A stretch of 62,656 nt of DNA, filler included, from Choristocarpus tenellus KU-1152 (Eukaryota; Protista; Phaeophyceae), in the NCBI GenBank assembly GCA_964200185.2. It is 10 parts of 10 records of this genome, joined end to end, with 100 filler letters (N's around TTAATTAATTAA, not from the genome) between each part and the next. Parts side by side here need not be neighbours in the genome. Positions count along the whole stretch, not along the records: positions 18,728 to 27,707 come from CAXNAD020004136.1; positions 27,808 to 37,738 come from CAXNAD020003275.1; positions 37,839 to 42,800 come from CAXNAD020012360.1; positions 42,901 to 48,834 come from CAXNAD020009374.1; 6 more parts are not named here. One strand, 5' to 3'. A program made the position numbers and the translations under genes. Every line of letters starts with the position of its first letter. Position 1 is the first letter of the stretch. Shown one piece after another: positions 26,454-43,081 of the stretch. The notes under the pieces are model-generated. The model was not told the origin of the DNA. It worked only from the letters and a program-made list of their open reading frames with translations, and did not search any database.

Positions 26454-27531
26454 CTACCTCTCTTCCGTAAGTTTGTGCCGCGAAACATCTGGGCTCGCCG
26501 AGCGAGAACGTCGCCGAATCGGATGATAGCCCCACAGAATGAAATCAGTTTGACAATCTCAGCTTTCAGAAAAGGTGCGGGACGAGGATCATCAGGTACA
26601 AACTCGAGGTGTTTCAAGCCGTCAAAGTAGGGGTCTTTTGGGGTGATTTTGAGGTCAGAACTGGGCATTCCGAGGGTCAGAACAACCCCCCGTCCACCCC
26701 CCACATAGGAAGGGTACCAAAGTGTCCCTGAATACCAGGGTTGCGCTTGCAGTGCGGCACGCCCTTACGATGGTCCCTGGTGAGCATAAACTGCCACAAC
26801 CCGTTGGGTCGGCTCTCGCAGCGGAGCTTGGAGTGTCTGAGCGTTACATGTGAAGTCTCTGGGAGGACATCGCCGATCAGCTCGCCCATGGCCACATGCT
26901 TGACCTAGGGGTGGCAACACGTCGTGGGCGGCCTTCGGAGCTCATACCGACCAAGATGGCCACAATACATAGTATCAACTCCGATAATCGGTCATCCACA
27001 GTGTGTCAGGTTACAATGAAGATGGCAACCAAGGGGCTGAATTGTAGCACGAGCACCATAAACAGGTGGTTGGATGATATGGGGACCATGCCGAATCGCC
27101 GCTGGATTAAACACAAGCTTAAATCGTGGCAAAAGTTATGGAGAATGGACGTTGTTTGCGATCAAGTGGATGAGAAACGTGGTGTGTACGCCTCCATGGG
27201 GAACACGATCCATGGATGAAACCTGGTTTTACGTGATAGCTGATCGGGAAAGGGTTGGGGTATTTCCACATGAGGATGATGGCGACCTTGCAGGGTCCCC
27301 TACTTTGCAGTACAAGAGTCATATCCCCAAAACCATGATCAATCCAGCTAACGCCCGCCCAGATTCGGCTCATAGCTTGATGGAAAGGTTGATGTTTGGC
27401 GTGTGTGTGTGCCGAAAACGGCAGACAGGACAAGCAAGAACCATAAAAAGGGGGATGTGCATGGGCAGGACTGTACTTTAGACCATTTGTGGTAGAGGAA
27501 GTGGTACACGGAGGAGTTACTGCCTGCAATC
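26454..27531 (+). mobile_element. Plant-type (DD39D-like) mariner transposon, degenerate 5' part
   Basis: Stowaway-like terminus TA|CTACCTCTCTTCCGTAAG. Frameshifted ORFs give GRP, TIH-DETWFY and LQYKSHIPKTM...ARPD. Cut off by a family A MITE. Confidence 0.75.
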
Positions 27532-27707
27532 GTGTGAAACTATCTTAGAGGGTACGAAATTTTCCCTGTTTGTCCATTTGTGGGTCTTGGATTTCCATGG
27601 GTTTTTTCATGACATTTTCCGACTCCAAAATGTTTCGGAGTAGGTAAAATGTATACGTTATGAAAGGTGTGTCCAGAATATGGATATTGACACTTCCTAA
27701 CAAACAC
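27532..27707 (+). mobile_element. MITE family A inserted in the mariner, truncated by contig end
   Basis: Starts GTGTGAAACTATCTTAGAGGGTACG; has the central CCGACTCCAAAATGTTTCGGAGTAGG palindrome. Confidence 0.9.
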
Positions 27708-28713
27708 NNNNNNNNNNNNNNNNNNNNNNNNNNNNNNNNNNNNNNNNNNNNTTAATTAATTAANNNNNNNNNNNNNNNNNNNNNNNNNNNNNNNNNNNNN
27801 NNNNNNNGTCGGAGCGCGGAGGGGAGCAGGGAGTAAGAGGAACGAGGGTGGGGTGGGGGGGGGGGGGGGGTCAGGAGAAGGGGGAACGTAACATACAAGG
27901 TCTCCATTGATCATATCCAGTAAGATCCTTCACACAAAAATAAAAATTTCCGCACTATCCCCATGAGTCATGTAATGCAACTAATACGACCATTAACAAG
28001 GCACACTAAATTAGCAGTGATAACTGCATACAACTGGACAAGTATACTGTGGTGGGCAAAATCTTACCCATCTATTATTGAGGTCGGTCAAGATAATTTC
28101 AAAATGCAAGTCATCATCGGCTGTGCAATATACCTAACTTAGTAGACGACCTACAGGGCTAAGCAAAAGCAGCAGGTTCTACCCCACAGGAAGAACCAGA
28201 GCTCTGCTTCAATTGGAATTTGTACAGTGAACAATATGGGGTCACTTTTTGTGCAGGCCGTGTAACAAGTAACACAACTACTGCATCTTACCCAAGAAAA
28301 AAATGGGGAGGGGGGTGTAACAATACAAAATTTAATGGTAATATAGTGTGTACTCAAAATTAAGTCAATTCTTTTTAGCACAAACACATTATAGCGCCGT
28401 TCAAAACTGGGTCCAATGCATACCACTGACACAGCACCCACATACATACACATACATACCTTCAAGTCAAGGCCTCCTTGAGACAGGAGGGACTACAAAA
28501 CACCTCAAGGTTGGTGTTGAAGCAATACTTGTCCAATGTACCAGATCACATTCACAGACTATCTGCACCCCTTATGGGCTAAGGTCTTTATCACACCTAC
28601 TTCCACCCCAAATATATCCAGCCAGACCCATCAATCTATGCAAACACTATTTTGACCCTCTGGTGACACAGGGCAGGGTGATCGATTGCCTATCAACATC
28701 TCGGAGCACTAAC

Positions 28714-31700
28714 CTGCCAGGACTCCATAAGGATGTACGTTTCCCCAAACTGCTGACAGAGGAGGTTACCAATGCCAGCCCCAATAAAGCCCCCAGTGCA
28801 AATGAGAGCCAAAGATACGAGAGTGGTCCTCTTTGCTGGGACACGCACCTCTGCCACTCGATTGGCCTCATCCCTCTTCAGTGCAGGTGCGGCCCTGAAG
28901 ACATTAGAGGGAAGGGGGATACAACTGTCACTGAGGGGTGTGGAGGTGGTGGAGGAGTGACGGCAGGTGAATGTTTCCATCAGTATTAATAATCCTATGA
29001 CTTCATTTCTATTAATAATTCTACAGAGGTAACGAATACCTGCCCCAACACGACACCCACTCTACACTTCTACATGAAGCTTATTTACCAACAAAGCACC
29101 AGACCTGTTCATGGTCATGGCCATGGCATTCATTGCCCCAACAGCTTGAAGGGTCGGGGCGGATGAGGGGATTAGTGCTGAGAACACGGCAAACAGTCCA
29201 TGGCGGAACAAGCAGCGCCGGAGGTGCTCCCTGTCAGGGGGAATGATCCATCCCTTGGCCCATACAGGCACTGTGAACATACTCTTCTTGGCCTTGTTAG
29301 CTCTGGCTTTAGCAGCAGCTTCTTCCTTTGCCTTTGAGATTTGATCCCTCTTCTTTGCTCCAGCTGTTTGCTGAAAAAGCAAACACAAAACACAATCATA
29401 GAAAGGATACTATCTCTTAATACACGTGTATGTCAACATATTTTGGAGAGTGGGGGGGGACGGGGACGGGGGGTTATCATTTGCCTCGACAACGGTTCTA
29501 TTTTACATGGATGCCACTGAAAATAGAACAGAAACGCACATTAATAAATGTGCATCCATCCTCGAGACAATGATAACGCCCCTACACTCTAGGTAATCCA
29601 GCAGAAATGGTGGGGAGGGGGGGGGAGGGCCTTCACCGAAGGAATGACACGAGGCAACTGTGCGGTTGGTCAGTTACGCTGTCTTTATAACTGTACCAAC
29701 ATTTTTTCTTCTATAAAGCATGGTTTGAGAAGTCCGAGGTCATCAATCACAAGAATGGCATTTCGTAAAAGTGATTCCTTTCTGTGTGCCCCACCAATAA
29801 GGTCCTCAAGAGCGATTTGATTGCCAAAGGTTGCCATTGCGTTTGGCTATGGGTATGGGACCCTCTAGACTAATGCGAACAGAAGCAATAAGTTTAGCAG
29901 GAGGTGAGGAGACTGTGTGACTGTTCTAAAAGGCTTGGTGGTACCATGCATTGCACTAACAATAAACTCTGCTATTTGGCTCCACATTCCGGCTCAGTAT
30001 ATTTTGAAGAATGCAAATAATGGTAGAAGGGATGTAAAAAATACTTGGATTTTTTAAGAACAAAAGGTGGGAAGAGCTGCACACAACTAGTGTATGTGGA
30101 CAGTTTTGAACTGCAGACACCAAGTATTTCAAACTGATGATACCTGAACAGAAGGAGGTATGAAGAGGACGTATGTACAACAATTGCTACACTTTACTTG
30201 CACTGTCTTGAGGCTATCTTGTCCACCTCAAAACAAGCATACAGTTGAGGCTCTTAACATACTGCTGTGGGTAGAGGGATGGATTCATGATGCCACTCCT
30301 ACATACTCTGAGGCTAATCTCTGCCATGCAAGACCAGGTAAATTGATGTTGTTACTACAGCAGACGAAACAATATGAAACACACCAATGATGGGTCAGAC
30401 CTTGAGGGTGCCTGCCACAGCCTGCTTGAGCCTCAGGGCCATAATATCATCCTTGGCCTTCTCCAGCATAATCACCTGGAAGGGCAAGGTAGAGGCAAAG
30501 GGAGGGAACGGCAAGTGATGTATGGCAAGTGATGTCACAGTATGGTGTAGCGTGCACATTGAGATGACACCAAGATCAAAATGTGTACCACATTGATGAC
30601 ATAAAATTATAGAATACAATAGCTATCTCATGAGTAGAGTTGAGGAAAGCAGGAAAACCTGGACATTGGTGGTTCATAAAAATGCACAAGATGGACACAG
30701 AGAGACAGGTCTTTTTACATATGTTGGCATTTGCCACAACTGCCGAAAGCTTTGTTGTCCATAGGTAAAGTGAAACCTGGACATACAATCAAGCCAACGA
30801 TAAATAACTATGCTGGATCCCCCACCAAACAGTCAGTCAATTTCAAAATTTCACCCCATCCAGCACTGCTCAGAAGGTGACATGGTCACAATCCCCACCA
30901 CAACAATCTCTCACTTTACATCTACTTTCAACTTGTGAATGTTAAACATTTGTATCAATGCATTACTATATATGGCCACCTTCTTGCGGTCATCTGCGTA
31001 CTTTTTCTTGAGGCGTTCAAATGCTTCTGTGACCACTGTGTAGTCTGCATCTGGTGAGACACCCAGAAGGCGGAACATTTCTGCTCCCTCTCCCCGTGTG
31101 CTAGGAAAGAGGCGGGGTTAAGGTAGGGGGCAGGCCGATGGGATTGGTGAGGCGTGGGTTGCACCTATGAACTTCGTACTGCAGCCCAGTCATCCACAAC
31201 GACCTCTAGGTACGAGGTGAGATAGAAACGATGAAAGCATCTTTATCACAAGGTCATCATTGCGTAGAACATATGGGTGTTAGATACTTGCTGAAATGTG
31301 GAGGGCTTCAATCACTGATACACTTTCGTTGACATCTCTGGTTCAATACAAATGGTGTTTTCAGAAGGTCGCACCTACCACACAAGCATGGCATGGCACC
31401 AATGTCTAAGCAAGCAAAACAATCCTTGGCCACCGACCTCTGCAATTGTCAGCAATAATGCAATGTTCTTCGAATCTATTTACTAGTTTTTTCTCGTATG
31501 GCCCTTAAACACGTACCGTCGTGGCCAAACCAAATATGAAAAAAAACGGAAAGGCAAAGGTCGCATGTTAGAGTTTAGTGTTCTATTTGGTGGAGTATAA
31601 CAACGAGGGCGGAACTTGTGCAATGTGGAGGGATGACTGGAGAGTCGCTTGTAAACGTAGTAGACATACAGGAGTAACTCACCTCTGTGGCTCGGGAGGA

Positions 31701-32212
31701 GGAGATTTGTTAAAAATGCCCTTGATAGGTCCCATTATGCCGTCCACAAACCCCATGGTAGTAGGGGTTGCGCGTCGCACTGGGGACACACCTTTACGAA
31801 TGGAAACTGCAACACGCAATACACCAAGCACAAAATGGTGTTGGGATCAGACTTCTGTTTCACAACGGCCGCTCTACTCGTGTGCAAATAGTGACAGACT
31901 CAAGGTCAATGCAAGCAAGCTGATTGACGTAGTACTGGGTTAACATTACTTGCTTCAAGTTCATATTTCAGTAGGATTGGGGTGATCATGAAACATGTTT
32001 TGCGTATTGATTAGATGGAGACAAGCGAGAATAATTGCAGCAATACTTCCCTCTTCAGTCCATCAAAAGACTTGAACATTAGAAATAATATAGATCGTAC
32101 CTGACCTTGCCCCAATGACGGGTTTAAGTACCACTGGACCCACGAACCCTGATGCAACACTTGCCATTGCTACCACGGCCAGGAGTTGGCATGCCCCAAC
32201 AGAACACCTCAT
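28714..32212 (-). CDS. Plastid-targeted CPP1-like (chaperone-like protein of POR1 / DUF3353-type) J-like membrane protein; final exon not located
   Basis: Phase-compatible exons 32212-32101 (MRCSVGACQLLAVVAMASVASG-FV, signal peptide plus ASAFAP-like motif), 31806-31683, 31100-30980 (MFRLLGVSPDADYTVVTEAFERLKKKYADD), 30475-30401 (LEKAKDDIMALRLKQAVAGTLK), 29370-29105 and 28894-28714 (hydrophobic, transmembrane-like). Confidence 0.75.
29468..29582. mobile_element. ~115-bp MITE-like element in an intron of the CPP1-like gene
   Basis: Inverted ends GGGGGGTTATCATTTGCCTCGA and TCGAGACAATGATAACGCCCC. Confidence 0.6.
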
Positions 32213-32639
32213 GGCCGGCAAGGATTAGCCACCAGCAGGGGCTCAACAAGATGGACACAGGATTATTCGACTGCGTATCCCAGCGAAAGGGATCCGATAG
32301 GGTCGACGGTCTGTGATCTGCTTGCCCAAGGTCGGTTGTCCTCTACCAAAGCCCCACGTGCTCACCAATGCGCGCGTAAGCGCGCGATCCAACTCTCCCT
32401 CGAAACCCTCTTGATTTGTTGAACCAAGTGTGAAGTCAAGTAAGAGGACGACCAGTGCAGTGAGGAAAGAATGAGCACGTAGGAAGCAACTGGAACAAGT
32501 TGGTGAAAGGATCTAGGGTATTAGGGGGTAACTTGAGAGACATCATTGCGAGATTTCTTCATCTCTGAGGAGAAGAGGGTAGGAAAGGGACGAGACCATA
32601 CCTGGAACATCGGTGAAGATTGTCCACGACCGAGTCGCG

Positions 32640-36672
<4,033 letters not shown>

Positions 36673-37224
36673 GCAAGTGCAATTAGTTTTGGGATCATAT
36701 TGGGTCTGATTCATATTTTATTGTATTATATCTTTTTATTTTATGCTTTGAAGTATTATCTTATTTTATTATGTTCTATTATTATATTATATTTTCTTAA
36801 ATGTGTAGGTGTGTTGCTCGGACTAGTGTAGTCTATGGCGTGAATGTGTGTATGTTTCATCAATGATCAACACACTACACTATGGTTGTGTGATAGAAAT
36901 ATTTGTTATTCATGTACTGTGTACCATTTATCAGTTTTGTAGTGTAACCACTAGCAAGAAAGGGACGGCTACCTGTAAGTGTACTTGAGTGTGTGAAGGC
37001 TGCCATTCATGTCATGCCCTCTTTCTCCTTCCCAGGCATACTCAAGTATTAAGAGGTGACTAGGTCGGACTTGTTCGTGTGTTGGTGAAGAAATTTGCCA
37101 TTGCAACATTATGCTTAGCAATTTATTGGAAGTAATAGATAACATTTAAATACACTCGAATGATGAAATTCACGCTTGAACACTGCTTGAACACTATTTG
37201 AAAATTGAAAGATACTTTGATGCT

Positions 37225-37335
37225 AATAGTACAGGTTGTAGTGAATGATAGTACATTATACATAGTACATTATACATAGTACATTATACACATTATAATA
37301 GTACAGGTTGTAGTGAATGATAGTACATTGTACAT
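37225..37335. repeat. Local duplication with a 14-bp tandem (TAGTACATTATACA)x3
   Basis: TAATAGTACAGGTTGTAGTGAATGATAGTACATT occurs twice around the tandem. Confidence 0.8.
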
Positions 37336-37626
37336 ATTGTGGTATACTGTATGTTTTGTAGTATTATGTAGAGTAGTGTGCAAGGTGTTAAGATTGGAAG
37401 AAAAAGTGTGGTTAACTCTGAAAGATGGAATGAAATGCAACTTAGAGGGATTGAGTGATGAAATGCACTAATGGGTGATGGAAAGGGAGAAGGACCGGGG
37501 GACAGAATGGTCAAATAGGGTTAGGATCAAGTCAGCCCTGGCCCCAACCCTATTCTATCACATATATATATATATATATATTAACAAATGAATGAATTGA
37601 CATTTGTGTGAATGAAATTGTCTGTC

Positions 37627-37676
37627 TTATGATCATGTGTTATGATCATGTGTTATGATCATGTGTTATGTTCATG
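37627..37676. repeat. 13-bp minisatellite (TTATGATCATGTG)x~4
   Basis: Read directly. Confidence 0.8.
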
Positions 37677-37838
37677 TCACATTGACTCAATAATATGTAT
37701 TAACCCTCAAACCTCCCTGATACAGTCTGCAGCCTTCANNNNNNNNNNNNNNNNNNNNNNNNNNNNNNNNNNNNNNNNNNNNTTAATTAATTAANNNNNN
37801 NNNNNNNNNNNNNNNNNNNNNNNNNNNNNNNNNNNNNN

Positions 37839-37934
37839 CCTTCCAAAAAACCTTGAGGTACTTTTTTATTACTTTTTTCGAAAAACAACCATCCTCATAG
37901 TCCCGCGCCATCCTCAATTTTGCGAATCCCCTGT
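37839..37934 (-). repeat. Terminus of repeat family D at contig start
   Basis: Reverse complement of 13457-13500; reads CAGGGGATTCGCAAAATTGAGGATG on the minus strand. Confidence 0.7.
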
Positions 37935-38229
37935 TCTAGGTTCTTACAGCTCATCATGGGCTTACTAACATTCCGATAGGACACTTGCGGCTACTATTAC
38001 AGAGACGGCAATGTTCCACCCAAATCCTGGGCAGGGTTAGGCAGGATTAGAACAGATATCGGTGAGATGGGTCGAACATGTTGGAAATTGGCTTGATTAG
38101 GCAGAGATATAGGGTATATATATGTGAGTTCTCTAAGAAGAGGGTGTTCACAAGAGCGAGAGCCTCAACAAAGGTCTAATTCCGTTTTCCTAGTTGAAAA
38201 TTTATATTATACTTACCTATTTTCACTAT

Positions 38230-38874
38230 ATAATCCTATTGAGTGTACTCCTGGCTTTCTTTCATTGCTCACTCTTGAATACTACGGCTGAATATGCCCC
38301 AGAGAACGTAGCTGTTGGATGGGACAATAACTTCTCTGCCTGTGGCACTCAAGATGTGAGTGAAGACATAGATCTTTCCTGCGTACCTATTTTGGTGGAC
38401 TTTCGTCAGAACTCGACAATCAACGCCGTAGAGGATGCTGCTACAGTCATGAAAATACTTTATGCCAGTTTACCGTTCCTACAGCAATTGATGAATGCCC
38501 TATGTTCCTTTCTACAGGAACATGTTGCTATTTATGACTATACGTTACATTCAGACACAAAGTATCTGGGGGAGGGGGGGGGTCTACACCAGAGTGTCCA
38601 TTTGGACCAAAATCGGGAAAAGTGCACATTCTTTATCCATCCAACGTAAGAAATCGAGACATGAAAAAATTGATCCCAAATGGACAGCCGCCACCCTCTC
38701 CCAGATACTTTGACCCTCACTGCTGAAGTCGACCTCTTGCAACATCGCGCAATGCGTGCTTGATACATGGGAGGATAATAGATGGACAGGATCCTTCTTG
38801 ATTACGACGAAAGCAAAAAAATCACCTATTGAAACCAGGTCACGAATGAGAAAGTGACCTACGAAGGGGTTGAG
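38230..38874 (+). pseudogene. SnoaL/NTF2-like protein paralog, degenerate
   Basis: Exon ending 38355 (GWDNNFSACGTQD|gtgagt) and exon 38782-38874 (MDRILLDYDESKKITY*NQVTNEKVTYEGVE|gtgagc) align with the gene at 41169-42144, with identical intron positions. TGA at 38830-38832. Start coordinate approximate. Confidence 0.7.
38554..38716 (+). mobile_element. MITE family B (~163 bp), complete copy
   Basis: TIRs GACACAAAGTATCTGGGGGAGGG...CCCTCTCCCAGATACTTTGACCC; subterminal GTCCATTTGG/CCAAATGGAC as in family A; flanks TCA/TCA. Confidence 0.85.
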
Positions 38875-41168
38875 GTGAGCCAGTAGCATCATTCGCGAAA
38901 AGTGTGTCTGGCTCTTAGCTGCAGTAAACTGTTCAGGCTTGGAAACTTCAATCCTGTAGTGAGACTACTTGGACATTGGCAGTCAGTGCATGCGATCTAC
39001 TTCATGCTCTAATCAGTGCGAAGGGTAAGTGTGCGCACAGACTCCCCAAATGGTGAAGTCCTGTTCGCTATAGTTACAGTGTAAAATCTGTGAGTTAGAA
39101 TAAAGCAAAGGTTTTCAGATGTATTACAGCATCTGAAAACCTCATAAGAACAGATTTCATGGACAGGGATTGTCCATAGGCTTCAGTTTTGGACGTTTGT
39201 TGCCGTGTATTCACATTGAAAAGACCCATACCTTCATCTTCTAACCTGATACCTACCATCCTCTCTGGTCATCAGGCTATTGGTATACTTCAGGTGTCCT
39301 GTATGTGCATCGGCGCCATCTCGAGGCTTGTGGACTGGAGCTACACATTCCGTGGAGGTAAGCCTTGGAGCATTTTGTAACAGAGATAACCATGACCATA
39401 CAGAGTAAAACGAAGATGCATATAATCATTTACCGTGCAGGTCCGTGTATGGTAGGTGTGAATACGTTCGCATTGAGGAAACATTACTGGAGAGCAAATC
39501 AACAGCTGTCACAGGGTGATGATACTGAACTGTTGTATGGATGTATTGCAGAGAGACTAGACATTTGTTTCAGCGATTTGTCAAATCAATTCATACTGCA
39601 AACATTGTATTGGCTTGTTGCTCGGAAATGAAGCTTCCTCCATCTGTTCAGTATTAGTTTACGTGCATGGGCCAAAACCTGTTGAACTTATGCTAGACAA
39701 AGGAAGTATGAAAGATAAAAAACTTAATCTAGTGCTTTCGGCCAGTGGAAACTACACACCATATATTATAGAGTTGCAGCTTTTGATTTGAAGAGATGGT
39801 AGAGTATTGGTAGAAGAGTAGAAGATCGAAGTAAATATTATTCTAATGCACCTCATGACAAATCATTGAAAATTAAACATGTCAAAAACACGTTCAACAC
39901 AAAGCACTCAACAGGTAAGTAACCATTCATAGCACAAGCAACGAGAGAGAAGCCCCCAGCAGCTCCTCCAACCAACTCCAAGCACCTTTCACTTACTAAC
40001 CATGTTCCAACGCCCCATTGTGTCATTTCTCTTCCCTGTCACAAGACATTCCGAGCATCAAACAGATTATTGCCTCGCCCTTACTCTCTTCCATTTGAAA
40101 GTGAAACCCCTGCACATTATGTGGAAAGTTCACAGTCAACCTGTTTCCTTATCCTGTGCCTATTCCCGCTATCTGTCCAAAGTCCCTCTCAAGGACCGAA
40201 GTCAACCAGTGCACCCATGTCGCATACCGTGGGACATGTGCCTGGTATTTGCAATTGTCAAGGTATTACCATATTGGTCTCGTCAGGAACACGAAGGTCT
40301 TGGGGTTTGGCTTTGGAGAGAGAAAATGGAGTAAACACTTGCATTCAAATGATGCTATATTGCATGATCTGGGAGGGGGGTTGAGGAGTGTGAAAAGGGT
40401 TGTATGCTGTGATATTCTGGAGGAAAGAGGAAGGTGGAAGGGTGTCGCTGCGACTACAAATTTGCTACAACTCCACTGCGTTGGTTGAGGGTCCTTTAGA
40501 TATACAAGGCTGCAAGGGATTGATGCAGCATATTTGTCATTCATGCTAAGAGCAATTCCGACAATAAAAAATGCAACAATATAAGTCCTAGTCTTTAATT
40601 CCAGAATAAAACATCCAAGTCATGCCTACAAGCTACTACTGAATAGACTATGTTACACACACTTGGTACTCTATTTGATATGGTTTGCGGCCTGCATACC
40701 CTGCTCAACGATGCTCATGCTTTTCAGTCTGTTGATGCAGAAATTCCTGCATCCAAAACCAAACCAAATACTTGGCCTACAATTCGATATATGTACCGAA
40801 CTGTTCCACACCTAAAACCTGAAGGGGTGGAAGACACATTAACTTTGAAGCGGTTTTCCAATTTAGACTAATATATTACAGGCATTGGGTTCTTTCAATT
40901 GATCATCTCCAAGGCACGAAGGGGGCGCAATGAAAGGACTTACAATCCAATATCTGAACAGTATCATGAATCCTTGCTCCTCTGAAGATCAACTTCATAA
41001 GACATACACAGTCAGTAACAATTCAAGGGCCTTTGGTGTCGAAGAATGACTATCCCATAATATTCCAACCGAAACCATCGCCCGACAGTACAGCCATCCT
41101 TCACACTTTATGTAGAGATAATTGCAACGATTGATAAGATGATTCAAAATAATTAACAGAGCTCACCA

Positions 41169-42144
41169 TCAGGCAGAAGGTCGGAAAGCAACGGTTTGAC
41201 GATGAATCTTCAGGTCATCATTGAAAATAAAGTTGTCCACAGCATCTAGGATGCCAGAAGCAGGGCATCGCCATATAAGGAAAACAGTCTTTGTCGGCAT
41301 ACCCAGTTCGCACTCTTCCAACTCAATCAGGGGTGCAGCCAGGTCGCTGAGGTCGGGAAGTCCCTTGAAGAGGCCTTCGAATAGGGTTCAGAAAAACATG
41401 GGCGATGAGAGTAAAATACAGTTCACTGCTAGAAGTTATGGAGGGTGCATTGCAGATGGAAAGTTGGTGATATGATCGCTAGCATGACATGCATCACAAC
41501 GGATAATATGCTCAAGTCTCACAAAACCTTTAAACATGAAAGCCCGGATAATGCATTAAAGCACTTAACACAGCGAAGCAAGAAACATACGCTTATCAAG
41601 ATCAAGACACTAGCTTACCTCAACCCCGTCGTAAACCTCCTTCTCATTGGTGACCACGTTCCAAGTGGTGATTTTGCTGTTGTCATCATAGTCCAGCAGA
41701 ATCTTGTCGACCTGATATCCCAGCAAGCATGAAGCAGAAATCGGCGATGTTGTACAAAGGCTCGGGTCTTTTACCAGCGAATGCGAGGGAGAGTCGCAAA
41801 TCTCAAAGTCGCCAGACCCCAATCAAGAGGAACTTCAGTTATCTTATCAATCTTTGTAGCAATTGCAAGGGGTTACGAGGAATACGAAAAACAGTCCCCT
41901 ATGACCATTCATGGACAAGATCCAGAAAATGGTCACAGAATTGATTCGGACCCCCCAACACATCGGCGTCTCCACTCACATCCTGAGCTCCAAAGGCAGA
42001 GAAGTGGTTGTCCCATGTAGTGACAGAAGAAAAGGAAGACGTCCAAGCCGTATGACGTTGTTTGGTAAATGTAGGGGGTGAGAAGAATCCGAAGGTCCTG
42101 CTCAGGAGAAGACTACAGAAAGTGATAGTAAGGAGAAGCTTCAT
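41169..42144 (-). CDS. SnoaL/NTF2-like domain protein with a probable bipartite plastid presequence; third-exon acceptor not found
   Basis: Exons 42144-41980 (MKLLLTITFCSLLLSRTFG-FF...WDNHFSAFGAQD), 41711-41619 (VDKILLDYDD...YDGVE) and ~41390-41169 (LFEGLFKGLPDLSDLAAP...VFLIWRCPASG...DNFIFNDDLKIHRQTV). No in-phase AG seen before exon 3. Confidence 0.7.
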
Positions 42145-42419
42145 TTATCGAAGTGAAGTTGGGGACACAACTCTAATTGTGGTAGTGCTATATCTTGCAC
42201 TAGAACTACTATAATGATGTAGATCGATACGTAGTTCAACATTATTAGGTGATTAGATTTTAGGTGGTATGCATTGATTGGTCATACATGTACAATTCTC
42301 AACAAATTCCAATATATGATAACATAATAGTGGATAGAATTTGAAGAACAAGGGAAGGGAAATACATAGAAGATGATAGAACATTTAAGAACCAGAAACC
42401 CGAAACGACATCAAAATCA

Positions 42420-42800
42420 TTGCGTTATTCCAAATTTGTGTTTTTAGCACGCAAGAGTTCGAATCTTATGAGTGTCGTCAATATCAATCATGGAGAGGAC
42501 CCTAAATCCCGCCAGGAACGCGCTGCAGCTCTGGGTCACCACCATGATGGAGGAATCTCCAAGGGAGCGAGTGTACTCCTAGCGCAACCCAGGGCCCCAG
42601 GGACGGAGGAGACTTTCAGTGTAAGAGTCCCTAAACGCCCGAGCGAGAACCAGGACAAGCTAAGGCAGGCCATCACGGATGCAAGAGAGAGGGTACAAGG
42701 GAATGCAGGATCTGGGGAACAAAGGTACTGCCCCCCTGAAGGGGAGTACACCCCCACCTCCCTTCGAAAAGCCTTCATGAAGGCTAACAGCAACTCGGCA
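42420..42800 (+). other. GC-richer open frame running into the contig end, possibly the start of a retroelement ORF
   Basis: Uninterrupted ~125-codon frame after AT-rich DNA; no recognisable domain. Confidence 0.25.
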
Positions 42801-42900
42801 NNNNNNNNNNNNNNNNNNNNNNNNNNNNNNNNNNNNNNNNNNNNTTAATTAATTAANNNNNNNNNNNNNNNNNNNNNNNNNNNNNNNNNNNNNNNNNNNN

Positions 42901-43081
42901 CTGGTGTAGACCCCCCCCCCCCCAGATTCTTAGGGGTCAAAGTTTCCAACAATAGAGAAATCAACAGTATCAGGTCAAAGTTAGCACTTCATCTATAATC
43001 ATATGAGTTGCGAGAGATTGAACAAATGACTTTTAATGCAAAAACAGCCAAAATCTGGGTACTTCTTGCTTACTTCGACTC
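42901..43081 (-). mobile_element. Family B MITE end (42901-42938) abutting a partial family C MITE (42939-43081)
   Basis: CTGGTGTAGACCCC...CAGATTCTTAGGGGTC is followed by family C sequence ending TGGGTACTTCTTGCTTACTTCGACTC. Confidence 0.75.

Noticed and set aside
37225-37680. CRISPR-like array
   Set aside because: These are simple tandem repeats without unique spacers, in a eukaryotic intron, with no cas genes.
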